Positions 31,086 through 41,506 of a stretch of 64,000 nucleotides of DNA are shown here, in pieces. Both the position numbers and the translations under genes were made by a program. The stretch comes from Clostridia bacterium (lineage in GTDB: Bacteria > Bacillota > Clostridia > UMGS1883), in the NCBI GenBank assembly GCA_030527235.1, contig JAUNBL010000002.1:12124-76123 (forward strand), given 5' to 3'. The notes under the pieces were generated by a model. That model was not told where the DNA came from, did not search any database, and saw nothing but the letters and a program-made list of their open reading frames with translations. Numbering within the stretch: position 1 is the stretch's first letter; every line of letters begins with the position of its first letter.

Positions 31086-32978
31086 CTATACATTCTTACT
31101 CTTGTACGGCCTAAATTCCCTGCCACCGCCCCGATAAAAGCGGCTGAACAGCTCGTAGAATTCCAGTCTCAAAACTTGTATTCCAACGATAAGTCCCTCA
31201 AGGCACATCACAAACAGATTGCCGAAAATGAGCCCCGCAATACTTCCCACACCGCTCGCCTTGGCCGAGAGCATGAGCACTACGCTCATCATACCGGCGT
31301 GTGAAAGCGCAAACGCGCCAACACGCACAAAGGACACGGAGTTTGTTACATAGCTAAGCACCACTTCAAAAAGTTCAAAAAATGTTTGCGTCATATACAT
31401 GCCCACACTCTCGCGAAGCACGGGCTTTTGCCTGTGAATCGCCGCCGCAATCGGCTCTCGCGCACCCATCAGGATAAGCGCCAGCAGTAATATCAGCTCT
31501 GCCGCGACTGCCGGAAGCGTTGATGTTCCGGTCAGTACACCGAGCAGCGTCAGGACGAGTGTCAAATAAAACAAGAGACCTGCGCCCCCGCTTGTACCGA
31601 GCAGTGCGTCCGCAATGCGGCGCTGCTTTATCGCGTTTATAATATTGATTACCATACACAGCACGATAACGCCAATACCGATTCCGACAGTAGTCATCAT
31701 AATGTCCATACTCGACTCAAGGGGGCGCAGCCACCGCGCGGGGAGCCACGACAGGTTTTCAAGACCAAAGCAGCTGCCGTACATTACTCCGAAGAAGCAC
31801 GAACACACTCCCGCCGCGCTGATAATTGCAGCAAGACGTATATGCTTCACTTTATAAATCAACAGACCCAGAATGGCAAGCAGCGCGCCCTGACCAAGGT
31901 CTCCGAACATCATTCCAAAAAACACACTGTACGTCACCGCAACCAACGGCGTGGGGTCAAATTCATTATATGACGGCATACCGTACATTTTCACAAACAT
32001 TTCAAACGGACGCAGCAGGCGGGGGTTTTTGAGCTTTACCGGAGGCTTGGCAATCACCGCCGAAGCGCTGTCCTCCACGATATGCATAACTTTTTTGTCT
32101 CCGTGCATGAGCAGTTCGAGCTTTCGCACGCCCTGCGGCGTCATCCATCCGACTATGACAAAGAACTTGCGCTTTGTTATCGCCGCGTATTTTCTTATTT
32201 CATAGCAGTCAGCGAGAGAAGTCAGCGCCGTGTATGCCGCAGCAATGACATCTTTATGCGTCAGCGCAAAATTCTTCTCCTCTTCCTCAAGTTCATGCAT
32301 TTCTCTTTCCAATTTGTCACATTGTTCACAAAGCTCCCCGTAGGCTACTCTGGACATTCCAGAGAGGTCATCATAGCTTACGGATTCAAAGTCAAGCGAG
32401 CGAAACATCACATCTACACCACCGACCATTGACGTCGGCGTGAAGTAAATAAGCCACACAAAGCTTGCGTTAATTTCCGTAGGTACATAGATTACGCACA
32501 TATCCTCGTTTATATATGTGCTCAGCTTGTCGTAATTGTCTCTCGGCATTCTGCCGAACCGCACTTTTGTATACTCGCAGTTTTTAAGCGCGTCAATATC
32601 CACATTCAAGCTGCACATCGGACCTATCCGCTCTGTAAGCGCGCGTTTCTTTTCCGCCTCGAGCGCTATCTTGGCACGGCGCGTCTCTATTTTTTTTGCC
32701 CGTTCGTCAAGCTCCTTGACTTTTTCTACGGCCTCTTGGGCAGTGAAAGTAATATCAGTCCGCGAATCTTCCAAATGCGCAAATAAATCCGCTGCGCGGG
32801 AAAGCGCTTCCTGGTAGGGGAATGTATCGGGAATGGGTGAAAGCGAGCTGCTGTCCCGCAATTCGGAGAGAGCGTTTTCAAGATGTATGTCTACTTTTTT
32901 TACATAGCTCTCAACAACTCTGTCAAAATCATCTAACGCGCCCATTATGCTGACCAGCCGCATTTTTTCTATCGCCAT
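31086..32978 (-). CDS. atpI: V-type ATPase subunit I (a-subunit homolog)
   Basis: 630 aa. N-terminal soluble domain beginning MAIEKMRLVSIMG and a C-terminal polytopic domain ending ...LRLEFYELFSRFY. Confidence 0.88.
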   Translation of the reverse strand: MAIEKMRLVSIMGALDDFDRVVESYVKKVDIHLENALSELRDSSSLSPIPDTFPYQEALSRAADLFAHLEDSRTDITFTAQEAVEKVKELDERAKKIETRRAKIALEAEKKRALTERIGPMCSLNVDIDALKNCEYTKVRFGRMPRDNYDKLSTYINEDMCVIYVPTEINASFVWLIYFTPTSMVGGVDVMFRSLDFESVSYDDLSGMSRVAYGELCEQCDKLEREMHELEEEEKNFALTHKDVIAAAYTALTSLADCYEIRKYAAITKRKFFVIVGWMTPQGVRKLELLMHGDKKVMHIVEDSASAVIAKPPVKLKNPRLLRPFEMFVKMYGMPSYNEFDPTPLVAVTYSVFFGMMFGDLGQGALLAILGLLIYKVKHIRLAAIISAAGVCSCFFGVMYGSCFGLENLSWLPARWLRPLESSMDIMMTTVGIGIGVIVLCMVINIINAIKQRRIADALLGTSGGAGLLFYLTLVLTLLGVLTGTSTLPAVAAELILLLALILMGAREPIAAAIHRQKPVLRESVGMYMTQTFFELFEVVLSYVTNSVSFVRVGAFALSHAGMMSVVLMLSAKASGVGSIAGLIFGNLFVMCLEGLIVGIQVLRLEFYELFSRFYRGGGREFRPYKSKNV

Positions 32979-34006
32979 TTCCTCCCACCTTCTTTCGTGC
33001 CTAAAGTAATTTTCGTCATAATGGCATCCTTGCCGACTTTATAATGTATACCTTCTATAACCGATATCAGATTTCTTACCTCAACCTCTTTGAAAAACAT
33101 GTACGACAACGCAGCCGATATTGAAAAATTATTGTATCGCGCGTTCTTAACATTTATATCATACATCGTATTCCAATATTTTGTAATTATCTCGTCCCCG
33201 CTGCGCAGGTCATCAAAAAAGCCTGCATATCGCGTTGTGTTTACGGCGTATATATAGCTTTCTTTGTCAGGCGCGTTCACAAGGGCGGCGATTTGCTCTT
33301 TTGAAAGCCTGTAGTACACAGGTATAATATACGAAAATGCCTCTTGCGCGCTCACCGAGAAAAAGCTCTTGGTACGGTAAAGCCAAATAAGGTTGAGCAT
33401 GTCAATCTGTCTGCCGTAGATTGCGCTTCCAAACTCACGCGTATTTTTCCAAAGCAACGTAAAGTAGCGCAAATCAAGCCGCAAATCTATGTCAAAAATC
33501 GTCATTTCAGCCGGCAATGCGTTTCTCAGGATATTTGCGTATCTTTCCGGCAGTACTCTTATTATATCATCCACTGATGAGCATGTGTTCAGCTTTTTCA
33601 AGTCAAGCTCAGTATGTTTATCAAAGAAGCGTTCAAATTCTCCCAAGTCAGCGGAGGGAGCTTCAGAATCCAAAAACGTTTTGAATATTGTTTTTATAAA
33701 CGTCAGTTCTATTTTCCTGAAAAACACACTCATAGTTTTCTTGTCGTCAGCGTCAAGAAAACTATATATCCGTTCATAATCGCCATACACGGCAAGATTA
33801 AGCAGCCTTTCCGCACTGTCACGAGCTATACGCGTTGAAAAAGCATTCGCAAGCGCCTTCTCAAACGCCGCATGCTTCATAAGCTCCTCTAACATCTGAG
33901 CAAGAGTGTCTTTTGAGGCGAGCCGTTCATAATCCATCCGAGTGAGCAGTCTTGCCCTCATAGCATGTATCTTTGCAGACAGGGCGCTGTATTTTGTAAC
34001 ACTCAT
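32969..34006 (-). CDS. atpC: V-type ATPase subunit C (d-subunit homolog)
   Basis: 345 aa, ALSAKIHAMRARLLTRMDYERL. It overlaps atpI by 10 nt. Confidence 0.8.
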   Translation of the reverse strand: MSVTKYSALSAKIHAMRARLLTRMDYERLASKDTLAQMLEELMKHAAFEKALANAFSTRIARDSAERLLNLAVYGDYERIYSFLDADDKKTMSVFFRKIELTFIKTIFKTFLDSEAPSADLGEFERFFDKHTELDLKKLNTCSSVDDIIRVLPERYANILRNALPAEMTIFDIDLRLDLRYFTLLWKNTREFGSAIYGRQIDMLNLIWLYRTKSFFSVSAQEAFSYIIPVYYRLSKEQIAALVNAPDKESYIYAVNTTRYAGFFDDLRSGDEIITKYWNTMYDINVKNARYNNFSISAALSYMFFKEVEVRNLISVIEGIHYKVGKDAIMTKITLGTKEGGRKWR

Positions 34007-34012
34007 AACGCC

Positions 34013-34327
34013 TCACCCAATACTGACAATAGACGCAAAAATTTTATCCGCGGCGGCGGCGGCGTTCTTTTTTGCTTCATCAAGCAGCTGCTTTGTCTTT
34101 TCGGCATACTGCTCTTTTATGTTTTCCGCATCGCGCTGCGCCTTTTCCATAATGGCGCAAGCGCAGACCTGAGCGTCGCGCTGCGTCTGTTCTCGTATTT
34201 TGGCGGCGAGAAGTTCTGCTTCTGCATTTACCGTCTGTTCAAAAGCGGCGCTTTTTTCCTTCGCTTCTCGGCTGATATCCTTTGCGCGCTGTTCTGTTTC
34301 CAAAACAGTATTAACGATGCTCTCCAC
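34013..34327 (-). CDS. V-type ATPase peripheral-stalk subunit (G/H-like coiled-coil protein)
   Basis: 104-aa charged helical protein (EQRAKDISREAKEKSAAFEQ...), first gene of the ATPase block. GTG start at 34327 preceded by a GGGGGGA RBS. Confidence 0.65.
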   Translation of the reverse strand: MESIVNTVLETEQRAKDISREAKEKSAAFEQTVNAEAELLAAKIREQTQRDAQVCACAIMEKAQRDAENIKEQYAEKTKQLLDEAKKNAAAAADKIFASIVSIG

Positions 34328-34339
34328 GCTGAATCCCCC

Positions 34340-35680
34340 CTAATTTTTAAGACTTTGAAGCGGAGCCGGAATCCTGCCGCCGCGGCGAATAAATTCCGCG
34401 CACGAAGCGGGATTTACGGCCATAACCGGAGCGGCGCCCAAAAGTCCGCCGAATTCCGCCACATCACCCACATTGGCGCCTTCAACCGGAATAATCCTCA
34501 CAGCAGTTGTCTTATTATTTGTCACACCTATGGCAATCTCGTCGGCAATTATTCCGGAAACGGTTTCCGCACTTACAGTCCCCGGCACTGCAATCATGTC
34601 AAGACCCACGCTGCAAACACATGTCATCGCCTCAAGCTTTTCAAGGGACAGAAATCCACTCTTTGCCGCCTGTATCATTCCCGCGTCTTCACTAACCGGA
34701 ATAAACGCGCCGCTGAGTCCTCCCACATAGCTCGATGCCATTACTCCACCCTTCTTAACCGCATCGTTTAGGAGAGCCAGTGTGGCCGTGGTTCCGGGAC
34801 CGCCGCAGCTTTCAAGCCCCATTTCCTCAAGGATATACGCCACACTGTCGCCTTTTGCCGGCGTGGGCGCAAGCGATAAATCCACAATTCCAAACGGCAC
34901 ATTAAGGCGCTTGGACGCCTCAGTTGCCACAAGCTGACCCATGCGCGTTATTTTGAACGCGGTTTTCTTTATCGTTTCAGCAACCACACCGAGATTTTCG
35001 CCCTTCACTTTTTCAAGCGCGCACTTTACAACACCGGGTCCTGAGACGCCCACATTTATAACGCACTCACCTTCGCCCACTCCGTGAAACGCTCCCGCCA
35101 TAAACGGGTTGTCCTCAACTGCGTTAGCAAATACCACCAGCTTCGCGCAGCCTATCATAGCGCGTCGCGATGTCTCTTTTATGATTCGCCCCATGTGTGC
35201 CACAGCATCCATATTTATCCCCGCACGCGTGGTCGCCACGTTCACTGATGAACACACAAGACTTGTAGTCGAAAGGGCTTCGGGAATTGAGTCTATGAAA
35301 TCTCGTTCGGAATCCGTATAGCCCTTTGCTACAAGCGCGCTGTAGCCTCCTATAAAATTCACTCCCACTGTCTGCGCCGCCGCATCCAAAGCCTTTGCAA
35401 AATCAACCGCATGTCCGCAGGATGCGCATATAAGTGAAATGGGAGTGACGCTTATTCTTTTGTTGACAATGGGAATCCCCATCTCTTTTTCAATATCCTC
35501 ACCGGTTTTAACAAGGCTGCCAGCAAGGCGCGTTATCTTGTCATACACCTTTTCGCACGCTCTTTTGTAGTCGCTGTCAACGCAATCGAGCAGCGAAATT
35601 CCCATTGTGATTGTCCGCACATCCAAATGTTCACCGCGTATCATGTTCAGAGTTTCGGTTATTTCAAAAGGATTAAGCAT
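34340..35680 (-). CDS. UPF0210/DUF711 (PFL-like fold) family protein
   Basis: [33 protein letters not shown] is the hallmark N-terminus of this family. Start at ATG 35680 (GGGGTG RBS). The stop TAG lies 12 nt before the ATPase GTG. Confidence 0.8.
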   Translation of the reverse strand: MLNPFEITETLNMIRGEHLDVRTITMGISLLDCVDSDYKRACEKVYDKITRLAGSLVKTGEDIEKEMGIPIVNKRISVTPISLICASCGHAVDFAKALDAAAQTVGVNFIGGYSALVAKGYTDSERDFIDSIPEALSTTSLVCSSVNVATTRAGINMDAVAHMGRIIKETSRRAMIGCAKLVVFANAVEDNPFMAGAFHGVGEGECVINVGVSGPGVVKCALEKVKGENLGVVAETIKKTAFKITRMGQLVATEASKRLNVPFGIVDLSLAPTPAKGDSVAYILEEMGLESCGGPGTTATLALLNDAVKKGGVMASSYVGGLSGAFIPVSEDAGMIQAAKSGFLSLEKLEAMTCVCSVGLDMIAVPGTVSAETVSGIIADEIAIGVTNNKTTAVRIIPVEGANVGDVAEFGGLLGAAPVMAVNPASCAEFIRRGGRIPAPLQSLKN

Positions 35681-35707
35681 GTTGCACCCCGATTCATTCA
35701 AAATGTT

Positions 35708-35977
35708 TCAGATTCGATGCATTGAGTTGAAAATATCCTCAAGCTGTATTCGTATCTCCACGCCCAGCCTTTCTCCCAGTTTGTCAAGCGCGTCTTTTAA
35801 CTCCTCAAAAGGCATTGTTGCCTCGGAAATATCAGCCATCATTATCATTGTAAACAAATCCTGCATAATTGTCTGCGAGATATCTTCAATGTTCACACCG
35901 CCGCGATAAAGCAGCATGCTTACCTCAGCAATTATTCCGCTGCGGTCTTTTCCGACAACAGTTATTACGGCCTTCAT
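35708..35977 (-). CDS. ACT-domain protein (UPF0237 type)
   Basis: MKAVITVVGKDRSGIIAEVS. Start at ATG 35977 (GAAGGTG RBS); the listed GTG at 35986 is part of the RBS. Conserved partner of UPF0210. Confidence 0.8.
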   Translation of the reverse strand: MKAVITVVGKDRSGIIAEVSMLLYRGGVNIEDISQTIMQDLFTMIMMADISEATMPFEELKDALDKLGERLGVEIRIQLEDIFNSMHRI

Positions 35978-36093
35978 TTCAATCACCTTCCTATACCCTT
36001 ATATAATACTACTTGCGTCCGAATTATTCTACAATCATAACGATAAAGATAATCGGGACGCAAGAATTCTTTTTGTGCAATTTTACAGTCTCT

Positions 36094-36822
36094 TCAACGG
36101 CGCAGAGATGCCGCGTAGAGCATAAGCGCGGCCGCCACAGACGCGTTCAGCGAATTGACCTCGCCGCGCATCGGAATGGAGACCACGAAATCACATTTTT
36201 CAAGTACAAGTCGGCTAACGCCGCTGTCTTCGCCTCCCACGACAATGGCTAACGCCCCATCGAGCGGTGCGGACTCCAAACTCTCTCTACCGCTTGCTTC
36301 CGCCGCCGCTATCCAAAGCCCTGCGTTCTTTAAATCGTCAATAGTTTTTGATATATTAGTCACCCGAGCCACCCGTGTGTGTTCAGCGGCGCCCGCAGAT
36401 GCCTTTATCGCGCTTGCCGTAAGCGGCACACTCTCGTGCTTGCCGATTATAACGCCGTGTGCGCCAAAACAGTTGGCGCTGCGAATTACGCTTCCAAGAT
36501 TGTGCGGGTCGCTAACTCTATCCAGTATCACCAAAAACGGGGACTCGTTTTTTGAGCGGGCATACTCAAGAATATCCTCCACACTAAAGTAGTCTATGGG
36601 CGGAACTTGCGCGATAATTCCCTGATGAGCCTTGCTCTCGCTCATTGCATCCAGCTTTTCACGGCTCACCTCCACTACCAAGATGCCGCGTTTTTTCGCC
36701 TCACGGATAATGGGAATTATACTGCCCTGACGCTCACCTGACTTAACGTATATCTTGTCCACCGCGCGACCCGTTTTCAACAGCTCCGCAACGGCATTTC
36801 TTCCTTCCACTTTATCCTGCAT
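36094..36822 (-). CDS. rlmB: SpoU/TrmH-family 23S rRNA 2'-O-methyltransferase (RlmB-like)
   Basis: N-terminal substrate-binding region (VEGRNAVAELLKTGRAVDKIYV) and SpoU motifs (DRVSDPHNLGSVIRSA, GGEDSGVS, IPMRGEVNSLNASVAAA). Confidence 0.78.
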   Translation of the reverse strand: MQDKVEGRNAVAELLKTGRAVDKIYVKSGERQGSIIPIIREAKKRGILVVEVSREKLDAMSESKAHQGIIAQVPPIDYFSVEDILEYARSKNESPFLVILDRVSDPHNLGSVIRSANCFGAHGVIIGKHESVPLTASAIKASAGAAEHTRVARVTNISKTIDDLKNAGLWIAAAEASGRESLESAPLDGALAIVVGGEDSGVSRLVLEKCDFVVSIPMRGEVNSLNASVAAALMLYAASLRR

Positions 36823-39373
36823 TTTTCTTCACCGCCAGTTTCACAGCTTTTACTGCCTCACAAATGAGCATAGGCATGACGCTCAGAATGATTACAACGC
36901 CCCACTGTGAAGCGCCTATCGACGTAATGCCGAAAACGGCGGATAGCGGTGGCACCAATACAAGCATCATTTGAAGCAAAATCGAGATGCCCACAGCCCC
37001 TAAGAGATACGGGTTGGACAACATGGCGCTGCGCACAAAAAGATGCTCTGAGCGTATATCAAGCGTATGCATGAGCTGAGAAAAAGCAAGTACCAAAAAC
37101 GCCATCGTACGACCCTGAGGTCCACAGCCTCCTGCTATATACGCGCAAAGAGGCGCCGCGCCTATAAGAATACCCTGCCAGAGAATCTGCGTAAAAAGAC
37201 CATGCGCAAAAATACTCTCCCGCTTGTCCCGAGGCTTCTTCTCCATCACATCATCCTCGGTTTTCTCCATTCCGAGTGCAAGGGCTGGCAGACTGTCAGT
37301 AATGAGATTCACCCACAAGAGCTGAATAGCCTCAAGCGGCGAACCGATAGCCGCCACCGTCGCCGCAAGGATTGCAAAAATCTCGCCGATATTGCACGAA
37401 AGCAAAAACGCTATTGCTTTCCTTATATTGGTGTATATCCCGCGTCCTTCTTTTACTGCCTCTACAATCGTTGCAAAATTATCGTCTGTGAGCACCATAT
37501 CCGCCGCATTACGGCTGACCTCCGTGCCGCCCTTGCCCATTGCACAGCCGATATCAGCACAGCGCAGCGCAGGCGCATCGTTAACTCCATCTCCTGTCAT
37601 GGCGACAATTTTTCCGCGCTTTTGCCACGCCTGAACTATCCTCACCTTCGCCTCAGGTGTAACGCGTGCGTAAACAGAATACTTGTCTATACTGTATTCA
37701 AGCTCACCTTGCGTCATGTTGTCAATTCCTGTGCCTGAAATTGCCAAGTCCCCCTCCCGCCATATGCCAAGCTCCTTGGCAATGGCAACTGCCGTGTCCA
37801 TATGGTCTCCCGTAATCATAATCGGGCGAACGCCTGCTTTTTTGCACAGCGCAACTGCGCCGCGCACCTCTTCCCGCGGAGGATCTATCATGCCAATGAG
37901 CGCAATAAAAGTCAAATCTTTCTCCATGTCTTCCGGTGTCTGCAAAAGCTCATCTACGTCTTTATAAGCCACAGCAAGCACACGCAGCGCCCGCTGCGCC
38001 AACATGGAATTCGTCTCGTCTATTTTGTCCATAATGTGTCCTGTCATGTTTTCAACTGCGCCGTCTTTTTCAGCCTTTGAACAAAGCCGAAGCAGCACAT
38101 CGGGCGCGCCCTTTGTAATAACTCTGTAGCCGGTCTCCGTTTTATGCACCGTAGTCATAAGTTTTCTCACGCTGTCAAACGGGACCTCGGCAACGCGCGG
38201 ATAGTTTTCGTCTATAACGCTTTTAAGAAGTCCCTTTTCCCGCGCCGCTTCTACAATTGCTATTTCTGTAGCTTCGCCAACGCCGCCGTCATGATTTATC
38301 TGCGCATCGCAGCAAAGCGCAGCATAGAGGATGGCGTCGGGATTGTCGGAGAGAACCTCGACCACTTTCATCTTATTCTGCGTAAGCGTACCCGTTTTGT
38401 CACTGCAAATAATCGATGCGCCTCCCAGAGTCTCCACGGCGGGAAGCTTTTTGACAATGGCGCCGACCTTTGCCAGCCTCCCCACTCCCATTGCAAGCAC
38501 AATGGTGACGATGGCCGGCAATCCCTCCGGTACAGCCGCAACGGCAAGCGAAATCGCAAGCATAAACATCTGTGTGATTTCTTCGCCGCGCAGCACTCCG
38601 ATGAGGAAAATCAGAGCGCATATAGCCAATGCGATAAATCCGAGCAATTTGCCTATCTCCCTAAGTTTTTTCTGTATCGGGGTTTCGGCATCCTTAGTAT
38701 TGTTGAGCATATGCGCAATCTGACCCATCTGGGTTTTCATACCGATAGCCGTAACAATCGCCTTCGCTCTGCCGTATGTCACATTCGTGCCGGAATACAC
38801 CATGCACGCGCGCTCAGCAAGCGGCGTATCCGGTTTAACAGCTGATACGCTTTTGTCAACCGGAACGCTTTCTCCGGTCAGTGCGCTTTCATCCGTCTTT
38901 AGGTTTACGGCCTCCACCAGGCGGCAGTCCGCCCCGACTGCGTCTCCCGCTTCAAGAATTATCAAATCTCCCACAGCCAGCAAGGCTGCATCCATCTGCA
39001 AGGTTTTCCCTTCGCGGATAACCTTGACCTGCGTCTGCGTCATGCTCTCAAGCGCCTCAAGCGCCTTCTGCGCTTTGCCTTCCTGTATAACGCCTACCGT
39101 TGCGTTCACAAGTACAATCAACAAAATTACAGCGGCATCAATGTACTCTTTGCTGGCAACAACGCTGACAGCTGCGGCAATCAAAAGAATAATAATCATC
39201 GCGTCCTTGAACTGGTCAAAAAAACGCAGGAATATGCTCCGCTCCTTTTTCTTTTCCAACACATTGCTTCCGTCGCGCACAAATCTATCATGCGCCTCAA
39301 AAGCAGAAAGCCCGCTCTCAGTGCTTGTATTAAGCTCTACAGCAGCTTCCTTCGCCGTCATGGAATAGTACAT
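36812..39373 (-). CDS. P2-type cation-transporting ATPase (Ca2+-ATPase-like)
   Basis: CSDKTGTLTQNKM phosphorylation site, PEGLP in TM4, MITGDHMDTA, VAMTGDGVNDAPAL and LWVNLITDSLPALALG. Start at ATG 39373 (GAAGGTG RBS). Overlaps rlmB by 11 nt. Confidence 0.88.
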   Translation of the reverse strand: MYYSMTAKEAAVELNTSTESGLSAFEAHDRFVRDGSNVLEKKKERSIFLRFFDQFKDAMIIILLIAAAVSVVASKEYIDAAVILLIVLVNATVGVIQEGKAQKALEALESMTQTQVKVIREGKTLQMDAALLAVGDLIILEAGDAVGADCRLVEAVNLKTDESALTGESVPVDKSVSAVKPDTPLAERACMVYSGTNVTYGRAKAIVTAIGMKTQMGQIAHMLNNTKDAETPIQKKLREIGKLLGFIALAICALIFLIGVLRGEEITQMFMLAISLAVAAVPEGLPAIVTIVLAMGVGRLAKVGAIVKKLPAVETLGGASIICSDKTGTLTQNKMKVVEVLSDNPDAILYAALCCDAQINHDGGVGEATEIAIVEAAREKGLLKSVIDENYPRVAEVPFDSVRKLMTTVHKTETGYRVITKGAPDVLLRLCSKAEKDGAVENMTGHIMDKIDETNSMLAQRALRVLAVAYKDVDELLQTPEDMEKDLTFIALIGMIDPPREEVRGAVALCKKAGVRPIMITGDHMDTAVAIAKELGIWREGDLAISGTGIDNMTQGELEYSIDKYSVYARVTPEAKVRIVQAWQKRGKIVAMTGDGVNDAPALRCADIGCAMGKGGTEVSRNAADMVLTDDNFATIVEAVKEGRGIYTNIRKAIAFLLSCNIGEIFAILAATVAAIGSPLEAIQLLWVNLITDSLPALALGMEKTEDDVMEKKPRDKRESIFAHGLFTQILWQGILIGAAPLCAYIAGGCGPQGRTMAFLVLAFSQLMHTLDIRSEHLFVRSAMLSNPYLLGAVGISILLQMMLVLVPPLSAVFGITSIGASQWGVVIILSVMPMLICEAVKAVKLAVKKNAG

Positions 39374-39388
39374 CAAAACACCTTCTTG

Positions 39389-40051
39389 TCAGGAAATTTT
39401 ATCCAAAAATTTTTGTATCTTCTTTGTCTCGCCCATGGCTACAATAACATCATTTTCCTCAAACATCGTATCCGCAGTAAGCGTGGCGTCTATGTTATTA
39501 TTGCGCTTTATCGCGATAAGGTTAATGCCGTATTTGGCTCTTACTGCGAGTTGAGAAAGCGTATGCCCTTTCCATTCCACAGGCACCTCAAACTCGGCTA
39601 TTCCCAGGTCGTTTGAAAGCTCCATGAATTCATAAAAGTCGCCGTAAATAAGACTGTTAGCGATTCTCTCTCCCATCTCGCGGTCCGGGAAAACCACCCT
39701 GTCGGCGCCTATTTTTTCCAGAATCTTGCGCTGAGTCTCGTCCTTTGCCTTGACCACAACATGCTTAGCGCCCGCATCCTTTGCGACAAGCGTTGCCATA
39801 ACAGCAGTCTCAAGCGAGTCTCCTACGGTGACTATAACATAATCGAAATTTCCTATTCCAAGCGCGCGCAGTGCGCTCTCGTCGCCTGCATCGGCAATAA
39901 CCGCGTGTGTAACAAACTCCGATGCCGCCTGCACCTTGTCGGGGTTGTTGTCCGCAGCCAGCACATCAAACCCGTTTTTAGAAAGAGTATACGCAAGGCT
40001 CATGCCAAAGCTTCCCAGTCCCAAAACCGCAAACTGTTTGTCACGTGTCAT
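39389..40051 (-). CDS. ktrA: K+ uptake system peripheral RCK/KTN subunit (KtrA/TrkA)
   Basis: FAVLGLGSFGMSLAYTL Rossmann motif, N- and C-terminal RCK lobes, 220 aa, adjacent to ktrB. Confidence 0.85.
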   Translation of the reverse strand: MTRDKQFAVLGLGSFGMSLAYTLSKNGFDVLAADNNPDKVQAASEFVTHAVIADAGDESALRALGIGNFDYVIVTVGDSLETAVMATLVAKDAGAKHVVVKAKDETQRKILEKIGADRVVFPDREMGERIANSLIYGDFYEFMELSNDLGIAEFEVPVEWKGHTLSQLAVRAKYGINLIAIKRNNNIDATLTADTMFEENDVIVAMGETKKIQKFLDKIS

Positions 40052-40065
40052 AATTATTCTCCTCT

Positions 40066-41472
40066 CTAACCTACCATTACCGATTCTTCGGGGTATTCAA
40101 CAACCTCCGAGAAAGCCCTCTGCCGCCTCGAAAGCGCCGAGGCAATGGCAATGGGGCCTATTCTGCCGATATACATTTCAAGTGATATAATCAACTTACC
40201 CGCAGCTGAAAGCGCTGGAGTTATCCCGGTCGATAGACCGGTCGTGGTAAACGCCGACACATTTTCAAAAAGCAAATCTAAGAACTCGTGGCGGAAAGGG
40301 CTCCCCGCCTCTGTAAAGGTGAGCAGCATCGTAGACGCGCATATGACGCCCAGCGCAACGAGAAATATTGTTATCGCCTTCTGAAGTACAAAAAGAGGAA
40401 TATCCTTCCGGTAAATATGAGTGGTCCTGCGCCCCTGCGAAACGCTGATAAGCGTAATAAGCAGTACAGCCATAGTCACCGTCTTTATTCCGCCCGCCGT
40501 AGATGACGGGGACCCTCCCACAAACATTAAAATCATTGAAAGTAGCTGCGAGGCGTATGTCATTGAATTTTGATTTATTTCAGAAAATCCTGCGGTGCGG
40601 CATGTTACCGACTGAAAGAAGGATGCCGAAATCTTGTCACCCAGCGGCAAAACTCCGAATGTTGCAGGGTTTAGGCATTCAAATGCAAAAAACAGCGCTG
40701 CACCAGCAATAATCAGTCCGGCAGTCATTGTCAAAACTACCTTGGTATGGAGCGTCATTTGCCGCAATGCCACAGAGAACGAGTGGTTTCCCTTGCGCAC
40801 TTTTTGCAGCATATGAAACAAATCCGACCAGACAATAAAACCCAGCCCGCCTACCACAATTAGAGTGCACATGGTTATATTTAACGGCAAATCGGAAATA
40901 TACGGCGCAAGTGACGCGTTGCCTACTATATCGAATCCGGCGTTGCAAAACGCGGAAATCGAATGAAATATCCCCATAAAAATACTTCTGTCGAGCGGGT
41001 AATCCTTTAAGAAACGAAAAGTGAGGATGACTGCGCCGACAGCCTCAAACAAAAACGTTGCCAGCGCAACGCCGCGCACAAGCCTGACAAGTCCGCGCAG
41101 ATTATTCTGGTTGAGCGACTCTTGTATTATCATCCGCTCCCGCAGTGTAATCTTTTTGCCGAGGATTAAAAACACGCACGAAATCAACGTCATAAACCCC
41201 AGCCCGCCCGCTTGAATCAAGAGCATTATAACAACCTGGCCAAACGTGCTCCACTGATGAATTGTAGGTACAACGTTTAATCCGGTAACGCACACCGCGC
41301 TCGTGGAAGTAAAAAGACAGTCCACCCAAGACGCGCTGATACCGCCGACATTGGAAGCGGGAAGCCTCAAAAGGAGCGTTCCTAAAAGTATTAACGCCAA
41401 AAAGCCCACTGCCAAAACCTGTGTGGGCTTAAGATTCATTTTTGTTTTTGCAATTTCGCGCGTATCATCCAT
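40066..41472 (-). CDS. ktrB: K+ uptake system membrane subunit (KtrB/TrkH family)
   Basis: 468-aa polytopic protein with repeated pore-loop motifs (TSAVCVTGL, CNAGFD, CRTAGFS, FTTTGLSTG). Confidence 0.85.
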   Translation of the reverse strand: MDDTREIAKTKMNLKPTQVLAVGFLALILLGTLLLRLPASNVGGISASWVDCLFTSTSAVCVTGLNVVPTIHQWSTFGQVVIMLLIQAGGLGFMTLISCVFLILGKKITLRERMIIQESLNQNNLRGLVRLVRGVALATFLFEAVGAVILTFRFLKDYPLDRSIFMGIFHSISAFCNAGFDIVGNASLAPYISDLPLNITMCTLIVVGGLGFIVWSDLFHMLQKVRKGNHSFSVALRQMTLHTKVVLTMTAGLIIAGAALFFAFECLNPATFGVLPLGDKISASFFQSVTCRTAGFSEINQNSMTYASQLLSMILMFVGGSPSSTAGGIKTVTMAVLLITLISVSQGRRTTHIYRKDIPLFVLQKAITIFLVALGVICASTMLLTFTEAGSPFRHEFLDLLFENVSAFTTTGLSTGITPALSAAGKLIISLEMYIGRIGPIAIASALSRRQRAFSEVVEYPEESVMVG

Positions 41473-41506
41473 GCTGACTCACCCTACATGTGATGATACT
41501 ACAAAA

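Noticed and set aside
33965-34771. 268-aa ORF on the plus strand
   Set aside because: It runs antisense across the atpC, G/H-like and UPF0210 gene boundaries, and its composition is Cys/Arg/Phe-rich nonsense. The same reasoning applies to 3785..4450, 17212..17946, 37067..37738, 38144..38845 and 47209..47784.
36012-36064. A 9-bp stem with a 35-nt loop between rlmB and the ACT gene, considered as a terminator or small RNA
   Set aside because: The stem is short, the loop very long, and there is no U-tract on the minus strand. It cannot be distinguished from chance.
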